Shown here: positions 1 through 8,497 of the stretch, one piece after another
Layout: the number at the start of each line of letters is the position of its first letter
Numbering within the stretch: position 1 is the stretch's first letter
Assembly (NCBI GenBank): GCA_937921735.1
Contig: CAKZTQ010000039.1
Location: 1-29,841, forward strand
Length of the DNA stretch: 29,841 bases
Direction of reading: 5' to 3'
Source: an uncultured archaeon
Lineage (GTDB): Archaea; Hadarchaeota; Hadarchaeia; Hadarchaeales; Hadarchaeaceae
Made by a program: the position numbers and the translations under genes
Notes under the pieces: model-generated
Told to the model about the DNA's origin: nothing
What the model saw: the letters and a program-made list of their open reading frames with translations, nothing else
Database searches by the model: none

Positions 1-3000
1 TCACGTCGTCGATCGGAGAGGAGAAGTCAGGGTCGTCGTCGACCAGCAGGCGGTGGTTGTCCGCATTGGCACCTGGCACCCACCTGAAGATGGGTTTATT
101 GTCGTTGGTCAGGGCCCCGTTCGAGGGCGAGAGCAGCGAGGGCCTGCCGGGCAAGCTGGGCAGCAACCGAATCGTGAACTTGAAGGCCTCGCTCCACTCG
201 CTCCAGTTGCCGGCTACGTCGCTCGCGCGCACGCGCCAGTAGTAGGTGCCCTCGTCAGCGAACTCGTAGGCGTACGCGTTCTCCCCAACCTGCGAGTTCT
301 CGTGCACGTAGGGCGGCGAGAAGCTGGGCTCGTCGTCGATCTGGATGCGATAGACGACGTCCGGCTCCGGCTCCGTCCAAGCGAAGGTGATGTAAAGCTC
401 ACCCACGACAGCGTTGTCCTCGGGCGAAACCAGCGTCGGCCTGCCCGGGGGCGTCACGTCCACCCTGAACCACCCGCTCGCCCATCCGCTGGCGTTGCCG
501 GCCCCGTCGACCGCCCTCACGCGCCAGTGCTGTACCCCCTCCCCCAGCTGCTCGGCGACGTCGTAGGAGGTCGAAGCAGTCGCGGCCGAAATCTCGGGCG
601 AGCTGAAGCTCGGGTCGTCGTCCACCTGTAGCTCGTAGCGCGCGACGCCGCTTAACGCGTCGCTGGCCGCGGACCAAGCTAGCGTCGGGGTGTTGTCGTT
701 GGTCCAAGAGCCGGCGATCGGCGAGAGGGGCGTTGGCGTGCTTGGGGGAGCGGTGTCCAAGCCGCAGGCGGCATCCGCTAGAGCGGGCGGCGCCTCCTCG
801 TTGCCGGCTTCGTCGCGGGCGATGCTGTAGAACTCGTAGTAGCCCTCGCCTCCAGGGAAGTCGAAGCTCCAGGACCAGGGAGGCGAGTCGTCGACGGCGA
901 ACAAGGCCCAACCGCCCCAGCTGGAGTTGTCGGGCGAGTGGCGGTAGTATAGCTTCACCTCCGCCACGCCGCTCGCGTCGCTGGCGGTGGCCGCGATCGC
1001 CAGGGGCGATGAGCTTTGCCAGTATGGAGCTATCGCCTCGACGCTCGAGCTGGGAGGCGTGGCGTCGACGGTGAACGTCCAAGCGTCCGAGAACTCGCTG
1101 ACCTCGCCGCACTTGTAAGCTCTAACGCGCCACCAGTAGCTGCCGTCCGGCAACCCGAAGGCCGGCGAAAAGGAGTTTTCGAAGACATTCTCGAGGATAA
1201 GCGGGGTGGAGAAGCCTGGCTCGTCGTCCACCCAAAGCTCGTAATTGTCCGCGGCGTAGGAGTTCTCCCACCTGAAGGTCGGCCTGCGCTCCCCGCTCAG
1301 GAAGCCGTTGGGCGGCTCGAGCAGCCTCGGAGGGGCAGGGCTCACGCTTGCGATGCAGGAGGCGGAGTTCTCGGCCCAAGTACCGCGGGCGATGACCGTC
1401 ACCTCGTTTCGTGTGCAAGGAACCGCGCCCCCGGGTATGCCCACCGCGAGCCGGACGACGGCCTGACCAGCCGGGGGTATCGAAAGCAGGGTGTTCTCCA
1501 ACTCGAGTTGCCAACCCAGCCCGTCGCTGGCTTCGAGCGAGAAGTTATCCGCAGCATTGCCCGCGTTCTTGACGGTGACGACGTAACTGAGGGTCGCGCC
1601 CGGGAGACCGCTCTGGTAGCTCGGCGAGATCGAAACCTCCACCCCTCCGACGATTGCCGCGTGCGCTACGCAGGAGGCCGAGTTCTCGGCTCCTGTGCCG
1701 ATGGCCCTGACGACTATGCGGTCCTCGCTGCAACCTAGCGCATCGAGGGGGATGGCGACGAGGAGCGTCGCCTGCCCGCTCCCGCCGGCCGGGACCTCGA
1801 GCGTAGTCGGCGAGAGCTCCAGCCCCCACCCGAGCTCGTCGGTCGCCTCCAGAGAGAAGTTGTCAGCGACGTTGCCCTTGTTCGTGACGCTTACGCCATA
1901 CGCTAGAACCGACCCCGGCGGTGCGCTCTGGTAGCTGGGCGAGATGGAGACCTCGACGCCATAGATGACCGTCACGCGCGCTACGCATGAGGCGCTGCCC
2001 CCGCCGATGGGATAGCCGACGGGAGCCGCGACGACGATCACGCGATCCTCGGCGCCGCCCGCGGCGTCGATCGGGACGGTGACCCTCAACGTCGTCGTCC
2101 TATTCTCGTCGGGCGGGATGACGAGCCAAGCGTCGTCCAGCTCAAGGCGCCAGCCGAGCTCATCCTCGACCTCCAGCGAGATGTTGTCCTCGAGCTCGCC
2201 CGCGTTTTTGACGGCGACGACGTAGCTGAGCACCCCTCCCGGCAGGCCCTCTTGGCTTTCCGGTGAAATGGAGACCTCCGCCCGTCGTAGTATCGGGTGC
2301 GCCACGCACGAATCGCTCGCCCTCACCGTCGGGTCCTCGAGCGAGGTGGCGACGACGGTTATGTTGTCCTCCACATAGCTTACGACGAGCTCCGGAAGTA
2401 CGACGCTCAGCGTGGCTACCCCGCTTTCTTGGGGCCACAGGACGAGCCACGCGGGATATATCGTTAAGGTCCAGTTCTCATCATCGCTCGCCGATAGGAC
2501 GAAGTTCTCCAACACGTTGCCCACGTTTTTGACGACGACGGTATACGTGAGCACCTCGCCCGGCAGGCCGCTTCGGTATTGCGGTGAGACGGATACCTCG
2601 ACCCCCCGCAACGCCGCCAGGTGCGCTACGCAGGTGGCGGAGTTCTCGACGCCGGTGCCGACCGCTATGACGGTCACGTTGTCCCTGGTGCAGCCGAGCC
2701 AGTTGTCTGGCACTACGACGCTCAGCGCCGCGGTGCCCGACTCCCCGGCGGCCAGCGTTAGCGTCGCGGGCGACAGGACGAGCGGCCAGCCCGCGTCATC
2801 GCTCGCGCTCAGGGCGTAGGTGTCTGGGACGTTGCCCAAGTTCTTGACGGTTACCTCATAGCTCAGGACCTGACCCGGCAAGCCGCTTTGGTAGTCGGGC
2901 GAGATCTCCACGCTCACGCCGCGCGCGACGATCGCATACGCCGTGCAGGTCGCGCTCGAGCTCACCTCGGCGTTCTCCAGCGAGGTGGCCTTGACCTCGA

Positions 3001-4162
3001 TGTCGTCGGCGGCGCCCATGGCTAGGTCATCGGGGATGTTGACCCGCAACGTCGTCGCTCGATCCTCGCCCCGCGGGACGATCAGCACCGCGTCGTCGAG
3101 GCTCAGGGGCCAGCCCAGCGCGTCCGTCGCCTCGAGCGCGTAAGCATCGTCGACGTTGCCGAGGTTCTTGACGACGACCTCAAAGCTCAAGGTCTCCCCC
3201 GGGGTGCCACCTGCCTCGCTCGGTGAGATCGAGACCCCGACGGCTCTGACGACCGCCGCCCGAGCTACGCAGCTGGCCGAGCTCGAGACGCCGGTGCCGG
3301 TGACGGTGACCGTCACGTTGTCCTCCTCGCCACCCGCGGCGTCATCGGGGACCCAAACGCTCAGCGCAACGGTCGCCGCCTCGCCGGCGGGCACCGTGAC
3401 GGAGTTCTCGGAAAGCGCCAAAACCCAGCCGGCGTTGTCGTCGACCGCCAGGACGTAAGTATCCTCGACGCCGCCCAAATTGGAGATCGTGACGGCATAG
3501 CTCAAGACCGAGCCCGGCGGCGCTTCTTGGGAGCCAGGTGAGATGGAGACCGCCACCGCGTACGTCGGCAGGAGATACCTCACCTCGAGGTAAGGCCTAG
3601 TGGAGGCGACGCTGTGCTCCTTGGACCTGAACCCATCGCTCCCGTCGACGTCCTCCTCCTCGGCCCTGAGGCAGAGGCTAACGATGCCATCCCCCGAGGA
3701 CTCCGCGCGGACGAAGTCGGTGACGTCCCAGGAGTACCACCTCTGGCTATGGCACTTAGCTATCTTGACGGTATCGAGCACTTCCTCGTGGGGCGGCTGG
3801 TTGCTCCAGGTTATCGTCCGCTCGCTCCAGGAGTCGTCGCGCACCGCTCGGGCTTGCACCAGCAGGTCGGCATTCACCGCCGCCTGGCAGTAGAGGTGGA
3901 GCCTGGCCTCGACGATGACCGCGTTTGGAGGGAGGGGTGACAGGTCGAACCTGATGAAAACTCGGTGGTTTCCGCCTGGGGAACTCCTGACCCAAACGAT
4001 GGCGCCCGCGCCGTAGTTGCTGCCCGGAGAAATCTCGCACACCTCGGCGTCGTCGGTCGGCGGAAGCGAGGTCGTTTGCAAGGGCTGCGAGCCCGAGATC
4101 TGGGGGATCAGGGAAACGGCTACGAAAGCGAGCAATAAAGCCACAAGTGCCTCGGCCCTCAC
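1..4162 (-). CDS. Large secreted/cell-surface protein (partial, >1380 aa): signal peptide, DNRLRE/CBM96-like domain, 7 tandem ~105-aa NEW3/CARDB-like Ig repeats, then FN3/Ig-like domains
   Basis: Manual translation from GTG at 4162, behind AGGAGG, gives MRAEALVALLLAFVAVSLIPQISG..., then IRFDLS..ARLHLY..W.E.TITW.NQP..WDVT..FRSKE..RPYLEV. Repeats read VSISP.YQSGLPG..L.Y.V.VKN.GN..D...L...D..GW, and later domains read VDDDPSFSSP..WRVRA.D.AGN. The frame is the same at 4162 and at base 4, and I saw no stop, which explains its absence from the ORF track. Confidence 0.85.
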   Translation of the reverse strand, partial: MRAEALVALLLAFVAVSLIPQISGSQPLQTTSLPPTDDAEVCEISPGSNYGAGAIVWVRSSPGGNHRVFIRFDLSPLPPNAVIVEARLHLYCQAAVNADLLVQARAVRDDSWSERTITWSNQPPHEEVLDTVKIAKCHSQRWYSWDVTDFVRAESSGDGIVSLCLRAEEEDVDGSDGFRSKEHSVASTRPYLEVRYLLPTYAVAVSISPGSQEAPPGSVLSYAVTISNLGGVEDTYVLAVDDNAGWVLALSENSVTVPAGEAATVALSVWVPDDAAGGEEDNVTVTVTGTGVSSSASCVARAAVVRAVGVSISPSEAGGTPGETLSFEVVVKNLGNVDDAYALEATDALGWPLSLDDAVLIVPRGEDRATTLRVNIPDDLAMGAADDIEVKATSLENAEVSSSATCTAYAIVARGVSVEISPDYQSGLPGQVLSYEVTVKNLGNVPDTYALSASDDAGWPLVLSPATLTLAAGESGTAALSVVVPDNWLGCTRDNVTVIAVGTGVENSATCVAHLAALRGVEVSVSPQYRSGLPGEVLTYTVVVKNVGNVLENFVLSASDDENWTLTIYPAWLVLWPQESGVATLSVVLPELVVSYVEDNITVVATSLEDPTVRASDSCVAHPILRRAEVSISPESQEGLPGGVLSYVVAVKNAGELEDNISLEVEDELGWRLELDDAWLVIPPDENRTTTLRVTVPIDAAGGAEDRVIVVAAPVGYPIGGGSASCVARVTVIYGVEVSISPSYQSAPPGSVLAYGVSVTNKGNVADNFSLEATDELGWGLELSPTTLEVPAGGSGQATLLVAIPLDALGCSEDRIVVRAIGTGAENSASCVAHAAIVGGVEVSISPSYQSGLPGATLSYVVTVKNAGNAADNFSLEASDGLGWQLELENTLLSIPPAGQAVVRLAVGIPGGAVPCTRNEVTVIARGTWAENSASCIASVSPAPPRLLEPPNGFLSGERRPTFRWENSYAADNYELWVDDEPGFSTPLILENVFENSFSPAFGLPDGSYWWRVRAYKCGEVSEFSDAWTFTVDATPPSSSVEAIAPYWQSSSPLAIAATASDASGVAEVKLYYRHSPDNSSWGGWALFAVDDSPPWSWSFDFPGGEGYYEFYSIARDEAGNEEAPPALADAACGLDTAPPSTPTPLSPIAGSWTNDNTPTLAWSAASDALSGVARYELQVDDDPSFSSPEISAATASTSYDVAEQLGEGVQHWRVRAVDGAGNASGWASGWFRVDVTPPGRPTLVSPEDNAVVGELYITFAWTEPEPDVVYRIQIDDEPSFSPPYVHENSQVGENAYAYEFADEGTYYWRVRASDVAGNWSEWSEAFKFTIRLLPSLPGRPSLLSPSNGALTNDNKPIFRWVPGANADNHRLLVDDDPDFSSPIDDV
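1340..3555 (-). repeat. Seven diverged intragenic tandem domain repeats (~315-325 bp period)
   Basis: V(S/E)(I/V)SP motif recurs near 3545, 3230, 2910, 2595, 2275, 1950 and 1635; units typically end in SA(S/T)C.A. Confidence 0.8.
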
Positions 4163-4207
4163 CCTTTGCCTCCTAGGGGTTTCCCATTTTTCCTATGGGG
4201 AAGGGGC

Positions 4208-4257
4208 TATTTAATTTTGTCGATTTGACGCCAAATTTGGCGAAATTTTGACAAAAT
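4208..4257 (-). promoter_or_regulatory. TATA-like element (TTAAATA on minus) abutting a 44-bp imperfect palindrome upstream of the surface-protein gene
   Basis: ATTTTGTC (4214-4221) and GACAAAAT (4250-4257) are concentric with the perfect palindrome CGCCAAATTTGGCG (4229-4242). Confidence 0.5.
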
Positions 4258-4263
4258 GCCGAA

Positions 4264-5544
4264 CTAGGCCGCATAGCTCACGTCGGCGCCGAGCTCGTGA
4301 AGCGTGGAGACGAAGCGCGAGTAGGAGGTCTGCAGCGCCTCCGCGCCGCCCTTGACCCTGGTCTCCCCCTCCGCCACCAGGCCGGCGACGACCAGCGCGG
4401 AGGTGATGGCGTAGTCGTCGTGCCCGTTCACCTCGCACCCCTTAAGCCTAGCCGGCCCCGCGACGAGCAGGCCGTCGCGCCGCTCCACCACCTTCGCGCC
4501 CAAGCGCTTGAGTTCCAAGGCGATCGAGGAGATGCGATCGGACTTCATGAACCTCGCCTCCCCAGCGCCGTAGAGGTACGTCTTGCCCCTCGCCGCGCAG
4601 GCGAGCACCGCCAAGATAGGCAGGAGCTCGGGCGCGGCTGAGAGGTCCACCCTCGCCCCCTTCAGCCTCTGGGGTCCGCTGATGATCATGGCCCCCCTAG
4701 TTTTACGCACCCTCGCGCCGAGCTTGGCCAGCGCCTCGAGGAATACGGCGTCCCTACCGCCGGTGGACGCGGCGCGGGGGAGCCTGACCTCGGACTCCGT
4801 CAAGGCCGCGGCGGCTACGAAGGGCGCGGCCGCCGAGAGCTCGCGCGGCACCTCGACGTCGAACGCGCGGTAGGGCGAGTTCGGGACCGAGAGCTTGCGG
4901 CCAGCCGTCCCCACCTCGACGCCGGCCGTGGCCATGAGCTCCCTCGCGAGCTCCAGCTGCGGCGAGCCAGGCGCGCGGGCGAACGTCAGCTCCATCCTCT
5001 TCCTGGCGTAGGGGCAGGGCAGGAGCAGCGCGGGCAGGTGGCTGGCGCTCACCCCTTTGCCCAGCACTACCTTGCCCCCCTTCAGCTCCCCCCCGAAGAC
5101 CACGAAGGGCGGGCTGCCATCCGCCTTGGTCGAACAGGCGCTCACGCCCAGGCGCTCGAGGGCTCCAAGCAGCCCCCCCATGGGGCGCGCCCTGAGCTGC
5201 GCGTCGCCCGTGAGCACGGTGATCCTGGGCACGAGCGAGGCCACCGACGTCATGAGGGCGAGCGCGGTCGCGGAGTTCCTGGCGTCGACCACGCTGCTCG
5301 AGGGCCTGGGCGAGCCACCCACCCCCCAGATCGACCACCTCTCCTGCGATCGCTTGACCGTCGCCCCCATGAGCTCCACCGCCTGGAGCAGCGAGGAGGT
5401 GTCCCTCGCGCGGAGGGGATGCTCGATGGTGCTCTTGCCCTCCGCCAGCAGCGCGAGCGCCGCGGCGAGCTGGGTGTACAACTTCGAGGGCGGGGGCTCT
5501 AGCTCGCCCGAGAGCTGGGGGGTCTGCCTGACTACCAAGTCCAT
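4264..5544 (-). CDS. EPSP synthase (AroA)-like protein with a degenerate active site
   Basis: Colinear with AroA over ~426 aa (PPSK, D..NS.T, TGD..LR.RPM, SDRI). ATG at 5544 follows GGAGGTG. Many catalytic residues are substituted (see findings). Confidence 0.85.
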   Translation of the reverse strand: MDLVVRQTPQLSGELEPPPSKLYTQLAAALALLAEGKSTIEHPLRARDTSSLLQAVELMGATVKRSQERWSIWGVGGSPRPSSSVVDARNSATALALMTSVASLVPRITVLTGDAQLRARPMGGLLGALERLGVSACSTKADGSPPFVVFGGELKGGKVVLGKGVSASHLPALLLPCPYARKRMELTFARAPGSPQLELARELMATAGVEVGTAGRKLSVPNSPYRAFDVEVPRELSAAAPFVAAAALTESEVRLPRAASTGGRDAVFLEALAKLGARVRKTRGAMIISGPQRLKGARVDLSAAPELLPILAVLACAARGKTYLYGAGEARFMKSDRISSIALELKRLGAKVVERRDGLLVAGPARLKGCEVNGHDDYAITSALVVAGLVAEGETRVKGGAEALQTSYSRFVSTLHELGADVSYAA

Positions 5545-5584
5545 GGGACCGCACCTCCTATCCAACCCTCTTTATGGGCGTGGC

Positions 5585-6730
5585 TCAAAAGGAAATCCTC
5601 TCGGCCCTCCCGAGGGCTTCCTCCAGCAGGGGGGCAAGGTCCAGCTTTCGCTCCGCCTCCAGGACTCGACCCAAATCCGCGCGGGTCTCCGGGCGCTTCG
5701 GCGCCGCCGCGCAGGGCATCGCCCGCTCGGTGGAAACCTCGTGGGTGCCCAACCTCCTCGCGATCCTTTCTACCTCCACCTTGTCCAAGCCGAGCAGCGG
5801 ACGGAAGACCGGCAGGTCGACGGCGGCGTCCAGCACGCGGAGGTTCGCCAGCGTCTGGGAGGCTACCTGCCCCAGCACCTCGCCCGTGACGATGCCGAGC
5901 GCCCCCTCCCTGGCGGCGACCATCTCCGCGATCCTATACATGCCCCGCTTGCAGAGCAAGCAGGTTAGTCGCCTGGGCGCCCGCTCGACGATCGCCCGCA
6001 ACACCTCGCCGTACGGGACGACGTACATCGCCATCTTCCCCCCCGCCGCCCAATCGCTCAGCGCCCTAGCCGCAGCCATCGCTCGCGCCCTGGCGTCGGA
6101 GTAAGGCCTGGCGTCGAGGTGGACCAAGACCGGCCTGCAGCCCCGCTTCATCATCAGCCAGGCGGCGACCGGGCTATCGATGCCGCCCGAGAGCAACGCG
6201 ACGACCGTGCCCTGCGTGCCCAAGGGCAGGCCGCCGGGGCCTTGAAGCACCTCCGTGAAGACGTACGCGCTTTCCCCCCTGACCTCTATCGAGATCTCCT
6301 CGTCGGGGGCGGAGAGGTCGACCCTAACGCCGGGTATCGCCGCTAGGATGGCCGAGCCCACCGCGGCATCCACGTCCCTGCTCGTGAACTCGTGCTCGCC
6401 CGCCCTGCGGGTGCGGACCGCGAAGCTCATGCCTGGCTCCAAGACCTTCTTGGCGACGTCCACGGCGGTCGAGGTCATCCCCTCAAGTGTGGCGCGCGTT
6501 TTGACCGCGGGGCTGACGGAGACCACGCCCGGTACTCTGACCAAGCGCTCGATCGCCTCGTCCGCCGAGGGCGTCTCGACGAATATCCTACCGCGCTCTC
6601 CCCTGAGCTCGTGATCGATGCCCTTCAGCGCCGCCTTGATGTTCTCGACCAAACATCGCTCGAACCTCCTGCGCACGCGCTCGCTCTTGAGCGCCAGCTC
6701 GCCGTAGCGCACGAGGATCGTCTCGACCAT
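5585..6730 (-). CDS. thiI: tRNA 4-thiouridine(8) synthase ThiI (archaeal Fe-S type, no rhodanese domain)
   Basis: N-terminal RYGELALKS, THUMP domain, GPGGLPLGTQG, PP-loop LSGGIDSPVA, CLLCKR plus a distal Cys, GEVLGQVASQT, RPL. Confidence 0.95.
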   Translation of the reverse strand: MVETILVRYGELALKSERVRRRFERCLVENIKAALKGIDHELRGERGRIFVETPSADEAIERLVRVPGVVSVSPAVKTRATLEGMTSTAVDVAKKVLEPGMSFAVRTRRAGEHEFTSRDVDAAVGSAILAAIPGVRVDLSAPDEEISIEVRGESAYVFTEVLQGPGGLPLGTQGTVVALLSGGIDSPVAAWLMMKRGCRPVLVHLDARPYSDARARAMAAARALSDWAAGGKMAMYVVPYGEVLRAIVERAPRRLTCLLCKRGMYRIAEMVAAREGALGIVTGEVLGQVASQTLANLRVLDAAVDLPVFRPLLGLDKVEVERIARRLGTHEVSTERAMPCAAAPKRPETRADLGRVLEAERKLDLAPLLEEALGRAERISF

Positions 6731-7003
6731 GGCATCCGATTGGCTCTATCGCCGGCGCCGTTAAGAAACTATTCCTTGAATGTTCGAACCTAAACCGCCT
6801 CAGCGCCGGCGGATTTCCCGCCGCGATGATATCGCTCGCCACCGTCGCGATCGCCTCACCGTGGGCGGGATCGACATCGCGCGAAAGACGAGGTAGCCAG
6901 AGATCGTCTCTTACGCCTCAATCCATCGCGTAGCCAAGCCCCCTCCATGCGGAGGCCCCGAGGCGCACATTTTTATCGGTGGAGATAAGTTAGTTGTGAG
7001 ACC

Positions 7004-7786
7004 ATGTTCCAGCCGATCGGGGAGAAGGAAATAACCAGGGCGATAGCCTCCGAGTTCCTCGCCACCCTGAGCGAGTTTGCGGAGAGCGATGTCATAGTCG
7101 TGGGCGCCGGACCGGCGGGGCTGATGGCGGCGAAGGAGCTCGCGGCGAAGAAGGCGAGGGTGCTGGTGATAGAGAGGAACAACTACCTGGGCGGGGGCTT
7201 CTGGATAGGCGGTTACCTATTCAACCCCGTCACCGTAAGGGCCCCAGCGCACGAGGTCCTCCGCGAGCTTGGGGTCCCCCTCAAGGAGAGCATGCCGGGC
7301 CTCTACGTGGTGGACGGCCCCCACGCGTGCTCGAAGCTGATAGCCGCAGCCTGCGACGCCGGAGCCAAGTTCCTGAACATGACCTTCATCGAGGACGTCG
7401 TGCTGCGGGAGGAGAGGGTCGCGGGGGTGGTGGTGAACTGGACCCCGGTGACCGCGCTCCCGAGAGAACTCACGTGCGTGGACCCCGTCGGCTTGGAGAG
7501 CAAGCTAGTGATCGACGCGACGGGGCACGACGCAGCGGTGGTGAGGCTGCTAGAGAGGCGTGGCCTCCTCAAGGTGCCAGGCTACGGGGCGATGTGGGTG
7601 GAGCGTTCCGAGGACCTCGTGGTCGAGCACACCGGCGAGCTCTATCCCGGCCTCATCGTCGCCGGTATGGCGGTGACGACGGCCTACGGCTTGCCCAGGA
7701 TGGGGCCGACGTTCGGGGCCATGATCTTGAGCGGACGGCGCGCGGCCGAGGTCGCCCTGCAGAAGTTACGCGAGCTAAGGGGTTAA
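7004..7786 (+). CDS. thi4: Thiazole synthase Thi4 family protein, with Cys at the sulfur-donor position
   Basis: [38 protein letters not shown]. Confidence 0.95.
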   Translation: MFQPIGEKEITRAIASEFLATLSEFAESDVIVVGAGPAGLMAAKELAAKKARVLVIERNNYLGGGFWIGGYLFNPVTVRAPAHEVLRELGVPLKESMPGLYVVDGPHACSKLIAAACDAGAKFLNMTFIEDVVLREERVAGVVVNWTPVTALPRELTCVDPVGLESKLVIDATGHDAAVVRLLERRGLLKVPGYGAMWVERSEDLVVEHTGELYPGLIVAGMAVTTAYGLPRMGPTFGAMILSGRRAAEVALQKLRELRG

Positions 7787-7988
7787 TGGACCGCCGCGGG
7801 CGGATGGTAGGTACAAGGTTCATTCGCCCCCAAAGTCGCTAAGGCTTCAAGAGGTAGCCCCGTACATGCGGGAGGACCTTGGGGCTTCCCTTTGACATTC
7901 AGGCCGGGATGTCTCCCCCGAGGTTTATTAACGCTACGAACCATAACAGCTGTGATTTCAGCTGGACCTTAGCCAAGTGGTGGAAGGA

Positions 7989-8405
7989 ATGAGATTGAGG
8001 ATCAAGCGCGAGGACCTGAGCGCGATCGAGAGGCACTCCAAACAAAGCTTTCCGCTGGAGTGCTGCGGCCTGTTGGTCGGAAGGCGCACGGGAACCGAGT
8101 TCGAGGTCCTCGAAGCAGTACCCGCCGAAAACGTGAAGAGATCTCCGACGCTCTTCGAGATGGACCCCCAGTTCGTCCACGCGGTCCTTTCGAGGGCGGA
8201 ATCGAGGGGGCTGACCATCGTCGGCTTCTACCACTCCCACCCGGGGGTGGGGGCGTACGTGAGCGGTAAAGATGCCGAGTTCCTGAAACTATGGCCAGGG
8301 GTAGCGTGGTTGATAATCAGCGCGACGAGGGAGCTCATCGAGGAGAGGAGGGCCTATGTCTACGAGGGCGATGAGATCCGAGAGCTCAAGATAGAGGTTT
8401 ATTAA
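7989..8405 (+). CDS. JAMM/MPN+ (M67) metalloprotease, desampylase-like
   Basis: PLECCGLL and YHSHP-x6-S-x2-D JAMM motif; ATG at 7989 preferred over GTG at 7977. Confidence 0.92.
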   Translation: MRLRIKREDLSAIERHSKQSFPLECCGLLVGRRTGTEFEVLEAVPAENVKRSPTLFEMDPQFVHAVLSRAESRGLTIVGFYHSHPGVGAYVSGKDAEFLKLWPGVAWLIISATRELIEERRAYVYEGDEIRELKIEVY

Positions 8406-8497
8406 GCCAGCTGAAAGCGTGTTAGCCCTATTGCCGCCACCTCGAAGTGAATTTATTTAGCGCGACGCGTCATTCAACCTGTAGAACCGGTGAAAGG

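Noticed and set aside
53-4214. Numerous short ORFs from the track in the first 4.2 kb
   Set aside because: Shadow frames of the single large minus-strand surface-protein gene in high-GC DNA.
6735-7003. TPP riboswitch or other structured RNA upstream of thi4
   Set aside because: No CUGAGA or CCUGA..UAA..GCG.AGG TPP core. The possible stems (CGCGATG/CATCGCG) are expected by chance at this GC content.
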